In this document: positions 39,043 through 52,354 of the stretch, in pieces
Layout of the letters: every line of letters starts with the position of its first letter
How positions within the stretch are numbered: position 1 is the stretch's first letter
From: Octopus vulgaris
Lineage: Eukaryota
Assembly: GCA_951406725.2 (NCBI GenBank)
Contig: OX597817.1
Location: 40,486,001 to 40,550,000, forward strand
Length of the DNA: 64,000 nt
Reading direction: 5' to 3'
Translations under genes and position numbers: made by a program
The notes under the pieces: generated by a model
Databases searched by the model: none
Told to the model about the DNA's origin: nothing
What the model saw: the letters and a program-made list of their open reading frames with translations, nothing else

Positions 39043-40356
39043 GTTCGTATTGTTCTTTGTTTTAATTCTTTCTTCTAAACTAGACAAATTTCATTTCCTG
39101 GAATGCTTTCAGTTCTAAGTTTGAATCCCACATATACCAACTTTACATGCTGTATTTCTTCTATCAATCAACCTTTTATATAATCAGATTAGATACCAGT
39201 GTAGTTAAGAAGTTTGCTTCCCAACCATGTGGTCTTGAGTTCAGTCCCTCTGTATGGAACAATGGGCAAGTGTTTACTACTATAGCCCTTCAGGCTAGTC
39301 AACACCTTGCATGTGGATTTAGTAGACTGAAACGAGTTCCTTATACAACCAAAACCATATGGTTAGGAAGCAGGCATCTTAACCCTTTCAATACCAATCC
39401 AGCTTTGGCACTGTAGTACAAATATTTGTTTTCATCAGTTTTGAATTAAAATCTTCCACCAAGCCTTAGTCACATTCCTAACACTTGCTGAATGATAACT
39501 AAATTATCTTATTCCTAACACTTGCTGAATGATAACTAAGTTATCTTATTAAATTCTTTGTTATATTTAAAATTAATTGAAAGAAACACAGAGCATCTCA
39601 ATAGAAATATGGTAATGAAATCGTTAATCACCCTACCATGCCTGTGCCTATAGTTTCAAATTGAATCTACTTATTTTTACACCATCATTCACTTCAGTAT
39701 ACCATCAAGTTTTTCATGGTCTGTTCCTTTACATTTTAGCTACATTTTATGTGTATATGGAAGAATCTGTCCACATTAATAGTTAGTTCTGTTTTAAGAA
39801 AACTCCTTTCATTGTAGATCAACTATTACCTGTTGTTAACATCTTTTGATACTTAGTAGCATTTCACCCCTCTTTACATTCTGAGTTCAAATTCTGCCAC
39901 GGTCAACTTTGCCTTTTGCCCTTGAAAGTCAATAAAATAAGTACCAGTGGGACTCTGGGGTCGAGGTAATTGACTTACACCTTCCCCTGAAATTGTTAGC
40001 CTTGTGCCAAAATTTGAAACTAATATTTTTTTATGCTTCTGAAAAGGAAGAAAATTACCAAAATGCAACCTTAAAGAATTCTTTGTTTGAATAACATTAT
40101 CACATGCATGCAATTTGGTCGTTACTGTACAATAATTGACATTTGAATAAGTGTGTGTAAAAGAATTTTGTTTACATCTGACATATTCCTAAATAGCAGG
40201 AACATTGTGTAATTTTAAAAGTGCTTCATTAGCTTGCTGGAAGGAATGATTTGCTTCAGATAGGCATGAACATGAAATCTTCAAGCAATATCTCCATTAA
40301 CCTACAATTAACAAGGCTCCCTCACTTGTGAATATATATATATATATGTGTGTGTG

Positions 40357-41950
40357 GAAAATTATGGAGAAAGTTATAACCCAATTATGAGCAGAATTAG
40401 GTTAGACAAACTGCAGTTTGGCCTTGTCTGGGGAAGAGCACTACTGATGCTATTGTTATAGTCAGGCAACTGCAAGAGAAGTACATAGCTAAGAATAAAC
40501 CATTATACATGGCATTCATTGATCTTGAGAAAACCTTTGATAGAGCACCCCACTGTGTGAAAGGGTGGGCTCTGAGGAGGTTAGAGATAGACGAGTGGCT
40601 TGTGAAAGTTGTACAGGCCATGTACAGAGACACTCTCAGTAAGGTGAAAGTTAAACATGAATACCGTGAAGAATTTGATGTACAGGTAGGCTCAGTCCTC
40701 AGTTCTCTCTTTTTTATCATTGTTCTCCCAGCCATAACAGGAATTCAAGACCAGTAATTCCTGGGAACTACTACATGTTGATGATCTTGCTCTCATAGCA
40801 GATTCCATATCAGAGCTAGAAGAGATATTCCAAGTGTGGAAGCAAAACCTGGAATCTAAAGGCCTTAGCAAAAAACTAAGGTCTTAGTAAGCAAGAAAGC
40901 AGACAGGACACTCCCTCACCCCAACTTCAGGTAGGTGGCCCTGTAGGATTTGTAGGAATGGTGTAGGCAGGAACTCCATTCGGTGCACACAGTGTAAGCA
41001 ATGGACACACGAAGTGCAGTGAGTTAATAGGAAGGTTATCAAAGAAAGTAGTGTTCATATGTGGAAGATTCACAAGATCCATAAAAGCTACAGAGATTCA
41101 AGAAATTGATTCTCTTACGTAAAAAGCACCATCCGAACGTGGCCAATGCCAGCGCCGCCTTGACTGGCTTCTGTGCTGGTGGCACGTAAAAAGTACCAAC
41201 TGATCGTGGCCGCTGCCAGCCTTCCCTGGCACCTATGCCGGTGACATGTTAAAAGCACCCACTACACTCACGGAGTGGTTGGCGTTAGGAAGGGCATCCA
41301 GCTGTAGAAACACTGCCAGATCAGACTGGAGCCGGGTGTAGCCTCCTGGCTTCTCACACCCCGGTTGAACCATCCAACCTGTACTAGCATGGAAAATGGA
41401 CATTAAACGATGATGATGATGAAATGCTCTAGTGGTTCATTAGAGGTAGTGGATAATTTCTGGACCAAATTAATAGTGGGGGAAGGAAGCACAGAGTCTG
41501 ATAGCAAGAATAGGAAGGAGGAAATTCAGTGCTTTTATTTTCTTGGCTATGAAAGGTTTCTCCTTCCAAGGGAAAGGCAGATTGTATGGTGCAAGTGTAC
41601 AGACAGCAATTCTACATGGTAGTGAGATGTTGGCCCTGAATGCAGAGGACATATGAAGGTTGAGGAATGGAGGTAGTATTCTCCACTGGTTATCTAATGT
41701 AAGTGCACATGTTTGACAGTGCGCTAGTGCTTCGAGAGAGAAGTTTGGCATAAGAGGAATTAGATGCTGTGTGCAAGAGAGAAGACTGCTGGTTTGGTTA
41801 TGTGATGTGGGTGGATGCCGACAGTTCCATAAAGAAGTGCTGGTTTCTCAAAGTAGATAGAAGACATGGGACAAAGTACTGAAGGGCAACTTCAGGATGC
41901 TGTACTTTACAGACAAGATGACAAAGGATCAAGGTGCCTGGTGCCTTACT
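40357..41950 (+). mobile_element. Degenerate RTE RT fragment interrupted by an RTE 3'-UTR copy (41117-41421)
   Basis: MAFIDLEKTFDR, QVGSVLS, WELLHVDDLAL and a PHD-like Cys cluster, homologous to 61221-61907. Confidence 0.85.
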
Positions 41951-42332
41951 GTACTCAAGAAGGTGCCAGGTGCAGCTCTCCAGCTTGCCAGCTCTGGTCA
42001 AACTGTCCAACCTAAGCCAGCATGGACAATGGATGTCAAATGATAACAATGATGATGATCATCATTGTTTTATGTCCACTTGTCCATGACGCCATGTGCA
42101 CATATCTTCTTTAGTGGAAGGCACTTGACCAAGATGCCGTGGAGTGGTACTGAACTCAAAACTATGTAATTGGAAAGCAAACTTCTTAACCACATAGCCA
42201 TGCCACATAAATGTGTATGTATATACTACAGATTTGCTTGAAGCTAAATTTCTTCCTACACCTCAATCCTTGGATCTTATGTTTACATATATATATAAAT
42301 ATATACATACACACACACACACACACGTGTGT

Positions 42333-43555
42333 CATCATCATCATCGTTTAACGTCTGCTTTCCATGCTGGCATGGGTTGGACGGTTTGGCTGAGACTAAT
42401 GAGCCAGAGGCTGCACCAGGCTCATTCTGGTCTGGCAAAGTTTCTACAGCTGGATGCCCTTCCTAACGCCAACCACTCTGAGAGTGTAGTGGGTGCTTTT
42501 TACGCGCCACCGGCACAAGGGCCAGTCAGGTGGTTCTGGCAATGGCCACGCTCATGCTCAAAAGGTGTTTTTACATGCTACCTACACAGGAACCAGTCCG
42601 GTGGCACTGGCAATGATCACGCTTGAATGTTGTTTTTCATGTGCCACCAGAAAGGCAATGCTGGCAATGATCATGCTCAGATGGTACTTTTCTTGTGTCA
42701 CTGGCATGGGAGCCAATCCGTGGCCCTGGCAACGATCACGTTCGGATGTGCTTTTAACATTCCACTGACACGAGTGCCAATCAGGCAGTACTGTTGTCAG
42801 CCACGTCAGCGATTTTGATTTCACTTACCCCAGTAGGTCTTCACAAGCAAGGTTTATTGTCCAATGAATGAGGGGTATTCATAAATGGGCTGGTTACACA
42901 CACTGGCATAGACCATGGGCTATAGTCTAACTTGGCTTGTTGGGTCTTCTCAAGCACATCATTGCTTCGGTAAGGCCCAATGTTCGAAGGTCATGCTTCA
43001 CCACCTCATCCCAGGTTTTCCTGGGTCTACCTCTTCCACAGGTTCCCTCAACTGCTAGGGTGTGACACTTTTTCACACAGCTGTCCTCATTCATTAGCAA
43101 CACATGACCATACCAGCGCAGTTGTCTCTCTTGCACACCACATCTGATGCTTCTTAAATCCAACTTTTCTCTCAGGGTGCTTACATTCTGTCATGTATGC
43201 ACACTGACATTGCACATCCAGTGAAGCATACTGGCTTTATTCCTTGCAAGCTTACGCATGTCCTCAGCAGTCACGGCCCATGTTTCACTGCCATGTAGCA
43301 TGGCAGTTCACACACTTGCGTCATACAATCTACCTTTTCTCTGAGTGAGAGGCTCTTTGTCACCAGCAGAGGTAGCAGCTCTCTGAACTTTGCCCAGGCT
43401 AATCTTATTCTAGCAGCTACACTTTCAGAGCATCCACTCCTACTACTGACTTGGTCCCCTGGACCTCCTACCCCTATTCAGAATTCTTCACTGTACTCGT
43501 TACCAACCCTCACCTTACTGATAGCATCCCTGTACATGGCTTGCACAGGGATGCT
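42333..43555 (-). mobile_element. 5'-truncated, internally deleted RTE LINE in RPP21 intron 2
   Basis: DLRSIRCGVQERQLRWYGHV...GRPRKTWDEVVKHDL plus 3' UTR and (GAT)n tail. Confidence 0.88.
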
Positions 43556-43625
43556 GTGCATATAAATCTCAGAATTATAGTTTACTGTGTGTCATGATTA
43601 AAAGCTATTTCAATCTTCATTACAG

Positions 43626-43708
43626 AGACCCTCACTTAAAACGAACGATATGTAAAAGATGCTTCAGCCTTTTAGTACCTGGATTGACTGCTACTATACG
43701 ATCTCGAA
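43626..43708 (+). CDS. RPP21: RPP21 exon 3
   Basis: ttacag| acceptor; DPHLKRTICKRCFSLLVPGLTATIRSR (first CxxC); a|gtaagg donor. Confidence 0.92.
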
Positions 43709-43834
43709 GTAAGGGACTAACATATTTCTCTTCTATCTTCACTTTCCTCGTACTAAAACATTATCAAGCTTTATTATCTATGCCTGCAGGCAGTTTATTT
43801 TCAAGAACACTGAAGTTCATTTACTATTTTGTAG

Positions 43835-44245
43835 GGATCTTTATGGTTTGACGGGCAGTTTTTTAAAATAATTTCCACGTAACTAAACACTTTTAAACTT
43901 CGTATACTGGTAGAATGTGTTTATAAAGCATCTTTTTCTCTTGGCTTTATTGAGAAAATTCTATAGTTTGTAAGATATTTGTTGTTTTTTTCTTCAATTT
44001 TTCTTCAATTTCTGCAATTTCAACCAATCAATTAAGGTGAAAACATTCTGTGCCGTATGAATATATCCCTCGTTTAAGAAACAGATTGGGTTTATTTACA
44101 TTTCTGAAGAAAAAAAGATACCCTTCCCCCTAACCCTAACCCAGATTGAAATGCAATAGACGATACTAGGGTCATAATTATGGGTGACAATTTCATATGA
44201 CACCGCCAGAAAAAACTGCCGGTCAAAGTCAAACCAAAAAGATCT
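43835..44245. mobile_element. GGATCTTT-terminal MITE with 8-bp TSD, related to 870-1476
   Basis: GGATCTTTATGGTTTGAC / GTCAAACCAAAAAGATCT; TSD TTTTGTAG at 43827-43834 and 44246-44253. Confidence 0.82.
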
Positions 44246-46816
44246 TTTTGTAGTAGTAATTCTTGATTATGTAGTAGAAAAGACCTCTCTTGGCAGACAT
44301 GCAACATGTTCTTCTCTATTCACTAGTTTAATCAGTCAACTTATTTCAGAGGATGTGACTATGAGATCATGATGCTGGACTATGGACCAAAAATTCTCAT
44401 TTACATAATATTTCAGTTTGCTTGACTAAAAAAAAAAAAAACAACTTTAGTTTTATTTCAAAGAAGAGAAGGCACTCTGCTGTGAAAGTAACTGAAGTGT
44501 CTCATCCACGCAAATATGGAAAAAGAGATGTAATAAATAAATAAATCCAAATTTGTAGAGAAATAGGAAAATTCAGAACCGCAGCCTTGACACTTTATTC
44601 ATCGTAAAAAATATATACACGGATTACCTCCCTTAGCAAAAAAAATAAATTTCTTTTTTTTTTCAGTATTTAGCGTCCATTTTCCAATGGCAAAACTGTA
44701 AATGTTGAAAAATACACAAAATAGTTTGAACAAGAAATTAAAGATAAAAGAAACGCCAACTCGGATGAATTGTTCTATTTTAACTGAAACTGAAATTCCC
44801 AGGAAGACAATTAGACAACTAAGCGAAAACAGAGTTGTCTCCCCTGATGTGCGACTTAATTTGGTGTCAGACATTTCGCAAATGAAGGAACTTCACTTTA
44901 TAACGAGTTATGTTAGCTACAGCTGTTGTTTTTGTCAGGCTGATACCTCTAATGCACGTATATCCTATATTACATACAAAATGAAAAACAGATGAAAGTA
45001 ATATCGCACACTACTAATCATATTTGTCTGTTCTTTGTATCTCTAACGTGAATATCTTTTGAATTGAGAAATAAAAAGATTTAAGTACAAGGTTAGCAGG
45101 CTTTAGTGGAAGGGATTAGTTCTATATCATCCGCTCAGTATGTAACTTACAAGGACAATATAACAATAGGGGTCTCGGATAAAAACATATGCCTTAGTAA
45201 AAGCTGTTGTTCACAGTACAGCTTCATGTTGAGTGAGCTTTTATTTTTATTGTTAATTCTGCACGAGGTAGGTCTCTTGCTTGTATCTATGTTCATGTAT
45301 GATTTGTATTGCTATCATCATTTAATGTCCGTCTTCCATTCTAGTATGGGCTGGACAGTTTGATAAATTCCAGTGAGCCACTGGGCTGCATTGAACTCCA
45401 GAGTTAGCTTTAGGTTTTACATGGTTTCTACAGCTGAATGCCTTTCCTAATGCCAACCACTCTACAGTGTGTACTTGGTGCTTTTTGCATGCTGCTAGTA
45501 AGGTTGCCAAATAAATTGTAAGATAAAAGAGCACAAAAACAAAAGACCTTGACTAAGTGGAGGGGTATATGGACAAGGGGAAGATAGCTTTAAACCAGAT
45601 ATTGAGAGACCAAATTATGATAGAGAGACATGCACGGGCGTCTTACAATTGGGGAGACATGGCTACCCCACATTTAGTAAGGGTAGGTTAATATGTAATG
45701 TTAAGATTGATTGTAGTTTTATTTTAGCATTTTCTTTGAGCTAAACAATTTAGTGGAACATACAGACAATAATTTTGTTCATGTTCTTTTCTGATTTAAA
45801 AAAACTAATCATATTCAGCATTGATGATTTTCCATGATTTAAATAGTTTGTACATACAGACATTTCATGCTCCTAAGCAAATCTTAGTTTTGGGCTCTAT
45901 AGATAGTCTTTCAGACATTTACTTTCCAGATGGTTTTCATAAGATACTCTTTTACTTGTTTCAGTCATGTGACTGTGGCCATGCTGGAGCACCGCCTTTA
46001 GTCGAGCAAATCGACCCCAGGACTTATTCTTTGTAAGCCTAGTACTTATTCTATTGGTCTCTTTTGCTGAACCGCTAAGTTACTGGGACGTAAACACACT
46101 AGCATCGGTTGTCAAGCGATGTTGGCGGGTTCAAACACAGACACACAAACATATACATATATACGACAGGCTTCTTCCAGTTTCCGTCTACCAAATCCAC
46201 TCACAAGGCTTTGGTTGGCCCGAAGCTATAGTAGAAGACACTTGCCCAAGGTGCCACGCAGTGGGACTGAACCCGGAACCATGTGGTTTGTAAGCAAGCT
46301 ACTTACCACACAGCCACTCCTACGCCTACATGATGTGGACATTCTGTCAATTTCTATTGTTTATTTACTTGAACAAACTTCCAGCTTGAAGAATCCTCTT
46401 TTATGCAGTGTGTGTACCCAGCCACACTCACTTTTGCTCTGCCTTTCATTGAAGTTGATAGGTCATGTTCAATTCGTTTTTCTCCAGCTTCTGCAGATCA
46501 TCCATTTTCTTTCCTCATCCTTATACAAGTTTCAAAAAATTTACTTTTTCTATCTTCATAGGAGCTTAAACCACTATCAGCTTAGCATTTAGCTCTCTAC
46601 CACATCTAGGTGACAATAAGTGGGGGAAGAAAGATGGGCATTGAATCATTAGTGTTGATGTCAATAATTCTAGGAGATAAATTTTTAAGATAGTGACAGC
46701 ATTTCCTAGTGTTGAGAAACATTCTAACAAACATTAAATCAACTCATTTATTTTTATTTTAATTTTCTACAAATCCTGTTTCTTGTAGTTTAAACCTTAA
46801 ATCTATATATTTCTAG

Positions 46817-47124
46817 GGCGCAGAGAGAAGCACACCGTCGTTACCTGTTTAGAATGTGGCTTAGTGAAACGGTTCCTTTGGAGACCTGATCACCAATTAT
46901 GGATAGACAATCCTGCTGCATGGTTGAAAATGCCATCTGAGGTAGACAACTCAACCATGACAACCACTTCATCTACACCACTTGAAGGTGCTGTGGCAAA
47001 CACCTCTGCTTCAGTAAAGGACTTGTCCCCACATGGCATCAGCCAAAAGACTGAAACTAATTCTAAAACACAAGAATCTACATCTGAAATTAATGCTGAA
47101 ACTCTCAATACTGGAATTTCATAA
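46817..47124 (+). CDS. RPP21: RPP21 exon 4
   Basis: tttctag| acceptor; (R)RREKHTVVTCLECGLVKRFLWRPDHQLWIDNP (second CxxC) plus an S/T-rich tail; total 558 nt, 185 aa. Confidence 0.92.
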
Positions 47125-50100
47125 TATTAATTAAATATTAGTTTATTTTAATTTACATGGTTGTTTTACTTTCTCAGTGCCAGAAGATGCTTATTAAATT
47201 TTTGATGATGATTCCAACTGTGTAAAAGCAAGAGCATCTCAAGTCTTCAAGTTCTCATGGTTATTGTTGCATATCTTTAGCCATATTTTGGATGGATTAA
47301 AGCCACGAAGGCAAACAGGAAATACAGTATGTTATTCTTTGATTTGATTATGAAACTAACAAGCTGCTATCATCATCATGTCCATTGTACAGCACATTGC
47401 TAATATTCTTGGTCTTTTGTCATCTAGTCTGAGGTTCAATATATAGAGATCTAACCTCACCACAACTTCCCATGTCTTCCTCTGCCACAGCATTTACATC
47501 ATGTATCTATAATAATGGTTTCTCTTTCATGCATTAGTTCATGCTTGTGATACCCAGCTGCTCTTTTTTTTTTTTTCTTGGCTTACTTTTGATATGCCTT
47601 TCATGAAGATGAAGCTTATGCAATCTCCACTTCCTTATACATGCTCCATAAAGCTTGCTTTTTGCATAGAGAGAAATTCTTTGTTGTTGACAAAAGGTTA
47701 CAACTCCTTGAGCCTTTTCCATCCATTCTTACTCTAGTGATTAATCATTTACCAATTGCTCTCTCAACCACTAATTAAATCATTGAATCAGAAGAAGCTA
47801 TAAAAGGCCCCAAGAGAAATTTGACATAGAACAAGACTGCTTCTAGGTTCCAGAGAGCAGTGATGAGGTTCTAAAAATTTAAAGGAACTTCCTTGAACTG
47901 ATGTACAGGAAACTATTGCTGTTTAGTGAGCTACTTGTGGGGTTCATCTGTCATCACTGAAATTCTGATTGTCAAAATTCCAGAGATCATCTTATTGCAT
48001 TTTTCTGTATCTATCCTTGATGAGTACACATATCAAATTCCTAAGTAATTTCTTCCTACATACAGTATTGAAATTTGGGGTTTTCTCTGACTAACTAGCA
48101 CTAATCTTTATTTTATAGGCATACCCCATAAAAAGATTTTGGAAGAACAGCTGTTTCCATATTTTCATTTCTGTCTTTAGGTTCCTGCCTCATTAGTTTC
48201 AGACATTAATGTACAGCCTGCACAAAACAGTGTTTGCTCTAGCAATCCTAGTGTAATATTTAAGGTTGGCATAGGAGTGGCTGTGTGGTAAGTAGCTTGC
48301 TTACCAACCACATGGTTTCGGGTTCAGTCTCACTGCGTAGCACCTTGGGCAAGTGTCTTCTACTATAACCTCGGGCTGACCAAAGCCTTGTGAGTGGATT
48401 TGGTAGACGGAAACTGAAAGAAGCCGGCCGTGTGTGTATGTATATATATATATATGTACGTGTGTGTATGTTTGTGTTTGTCCCCCCAACATCGCTTGGC
48501 AACCGATGCTGGTGTGTTTATGTCCCCATAACTTAACAGTTCGGCAAAAGAGACCGATAGAATAAGTCCTGGGGTTGGTTTGCTCGACTAAAGGCGATGC
48601 TCCAGCATGGCCACAGTCAAATGACTGAAACAAATAAAAGAGTATATGTATATTTCAGACAATTCACTTTAAATTGAAACTGGTTGTAGCATAACTAATT
48701 TTCTTTGTGTATTATAGTGTGAAGTGAACTGTTCTATGTATGTTAGCATTGACTTAACTTCGTGTTTCCACTGCAGAAGGCATTCCTAGGTAAGCCTTTA
48801 TAATGTTATGTCAACTTGTATGTCCTTCATAAAGTGATTTTCTTATCTAAACTATGCTTCAATGGAGACGTATGAAAAAACCAAAACATGTCCAGACTTG
48901 TTATTGTGTTTGCCAAATTTTTCTTGCTGTATACTTCCAATCTTAATTTACTGAAATTTTGGTGTTGCTCCCACCACCACCACCACCACATATCTTGATC
49001 AGATTTAAACATTGAACTAATGTTTGCTTTTCTTCTCTCCAAAGGGAATATTTAGTAAAATCATTTTGTTGACTACATCGTTAGTACAGACTTAATAGTT
49101 TATAACTCTGCGTGTGTGTGTAATATTTAGATGGATCTGAATTAGTGTGAACTTAAAAGAACATTTTGTCACCATAAAGAGTAACTACATTTCTCCAATA
49201 CAGAAGTACAAGTAGAAAGTTCTCTTCATCAATGCAAAAAATACAAAAGTAAAAGTTTTCAGAATTTTTAAAATCATTTAATTTTAAAGTTATGAAAAAA
49301 GAAAAGACTGTAGTTGTTGGCAATTAAAATCATTATTAATACATTTCTTCTTTATCATCATTGTTTTAGCATGTATTTTTCCATGCTAATGGGTCAGACT
49401 GAATCCATCAAGGCAGGTCTTTCCTTTTGCTCTCTAAGTAAAGATATTTTGTGATAAAATAATCCATCATGCCTTCATCCTGACCTTATATGATTCACAT
49501 TTTATTTATAGATATTTATTGGTGCTCATAATCATTGTATTAGCATCTAATTTTCTGTTGTATGGGTCAGATAGAATTCATTAAGACATTTTTCTATGGC
49601 CAGATGCTCTTCCTGTCACCAACCTTCACTTGTTTCCACAGAAGATTGGAAATGAATGGCACCATTTGTATGATGGTGACACTCATTTACAACAATTACA
49701 TGAAATTAAAATGAGGTAGAAACACATACATATATAACGAGCTTCTTTCAGTTTCCTTCTGCTAAATTCTTTCATCACAAGGCTTTGGTTGGCCTGATGC
49801 TTAGAGTAGAAGGTGCCACACAGCAGGACTGAACCCAAAATCTCATGGTAATTCTTACTAAGGCTCTGAATATGAGAAGGATAACAAAAAGAGTTAAATT
49901 TTACTAATGTGACTTTTAGACAATATTACTGGTATAGCTGAGCAGGGAAAATGTTCAGTATACTGAATATTGCATGGTCTCGCATATGTAATATATTGAA
50001 TTGAAAAACGTATAAACATGGTTAAGAAGTTCACTTCCAAACAGTATCATTTTGGGTTCAGTTCCACTATGTTGCACCTTGCTGGGAGGAATGTTTTCAA

Positions 50101-52179
50101 CTGTTCTGGGCCAGTTGAGGCCTTGTGGGTGGATAGAAACTGAAAGAAACTCATTGTGTGTTGTTGTTGTTGTCTCCATCTTGATATCGTGGTAGTTGTA
50201 AACAAGTGGTGACCTTCATTTCTAATCTTCCATTGAAACCTGTCCAAACATGAGGAAATATTACCTGGCTTACAAACAGATGGTTAGCAAAAGGAAAGGC
50301 CTACCTTGATGGATTCAGTCTGACCCATTAGTATGGAAAAATAACATGTTAAAACAATGATGATAAAGAAGATAAGGGATGTTGTGCAGGGACAGTCTAT
50401 CACCACCAGGTTTTCCCAGAATGAATAGATCAATGTGGATGATGTTAACCTGCAGATGTTCATTCAAACTGAACATCTCTAGAGGCGCAGGGAGGGAGAA
50501 AGCTTTAAGAAGGAAGGCTTGGGATAAAGTGTTCACTTCAGAGTTTAGGAAGTGAACTGCAATAAACTGGCGCTTATGTCGGTAAGGGTTCCAATTGATC
50601 CAATCAATGGAACAGCTGCTCGTGAATTTAACGTGCAAGTAAAAAAAAGGCTATATTAGAAATATTCATTCAAGAGAGATAACTTTGTAAGTTACTCATT
50701 TTTTTCCAATAAACTTGAAACCTGACCAATTGGCTTCAAAGACGTGATTCACTCCAAATGTATATAGTATCCAAACATTTTCAAACTGATCTTATTGGAG
50801 TTACCTTTCTTGTTTTTAGATTTTGAACTTCTTAAGTAACTTACTGAAAAGTTCGAGAACTTTCAAGGAAGCCTTTATGTGGTTGATGTCTAGTTCTTCC
50901 ATTAACCTGTTAACTGCTATGGCCTGTTATTAGAACTTACTGGAGGTGCCACATATTTCTAGTCACACTGCGTATTTTATTACAAGGAAATGTAATTTCC
51001 TGGCATTTTTACACTATTTCATAATTAAACTTTAATAGTTTCGCAATCATGTTATTTACATGTCCTTCAAACTATGTCAAAAATAAAGAATAAAATATGA
51101 AAATGTACCACCACTGGTGCATATGATGGTTGTGTGAAATTTACAATGAACCACTGATGGTACATGTGGCAGTTAATGCATTTTTCAGCAACCAGAGACA
51201 AGTACTAATGCAATGAATTTGCAAAAAAGAAAACCTCTTACCCTTCACTTTAACCCCTTTCATACCAATCCACTCATGACAACCACTGGTTTGGTGGCAC
51301 AAAGTCTCTGTTTTGAAGTGATCTAAATTTCAAGTGAATTTATCTTCCAAATTCCAGCTTATTAGTAACAGTGTTATTTCACTATAAATATGGTAATGGA
51401 AAGGTTAAACAACAACTGTGCTATCTATTATCAATCCCTGCTAAAATACTACTACCACCCTAGTGAGATATTTCAATTTTTTCTTTATTTATATATATAT
51501 ATATATATCGTATTTTATAAACAATAGTGCTTTGGCTTATAGCTTTTCAATGAGTCAGTCTGTGTAACTTGGGCAGAACAAATAACTCAAAGGATTTTTA
51601 TCTGAAAGCACCTGTGCATTTGTCTTCTTGTTGATGCTTTTTATTTTGTGAATATGTCAACAAAAGATATACAGGTATATGTACAGCTTCCATCTGCCAA
51701 ATTCCTTTCACAAAGCATCAAGGCATTGCTCAACCTGAAGCTATGAGAGTCACTTGCCCATCATGTGACAGTGACAATATACTCTCATCCATACAGTTGG
51801 GAAGCAAAAATATTCGATTCGGTGAATACAAAAGCTTAAAACAAACGCTGTGCTGAAGAAGAGTAGGCAATCGGAATTCACTGAATATTATTTCCACAAT
51901 AGAGACACCAGTTACATAACATCAAAAGATAATCAGCATGGATAAACAAAACATTTGTGTTAAGCTGTGCCAAGTAAGTGGTATTCAATGCTAATCATGT
52001 TCAATTCATATAGAAAGTTGCTCTTCACATTTTAGGCTTTAGGAAATTGTTCAAGAAGTAAGAAGTATTTTCTTTGATTAATAAATACATCTATAACTTA
52101 CAGATCAACTTAAATGGAATTGTCCAAAGAAATATTGTAGAATACTTTTTTTTTTTTTTAAGTGAATTATCGTCTAACC

Positions 52180-52354
52180 CTACTTAGTCTCGGAAGTAGA
52201 TTCGGGTTCAAACACTAAATTTTGCACTGTCACTAATTTGCAGTATTCTCGTTCTTTTACAGGAAATCGCACACTCAGCAATCTTTTTTCAAAGCGTGTT
52301 GGTTGAAGATATGCCGGTGTATTCTTTTCAGAGTTTTCGATAATTTCATAATCG
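52180..52354 (-). CDS. Unidentified gene, last coding exon
   Basis: ttttttatttcag| acceptor, phase 2; (R)DYEIIENSEKNTPAYLQPTRFEKRLLSVRFPVKEREYCKLVTVQNLVFEPESTSETK*. Confidence 0.7.

Noticed and set aside
39043-43625. U12-type intron in RPP21
   Set aside because: The donor lacks the RTATCCTT signature.
46119-46592. 157-aa ORF, with similar ORFs at 27963 and 48260
   Set aside because: Antisense reading of the CORE-type SINE, repeated at each copy.
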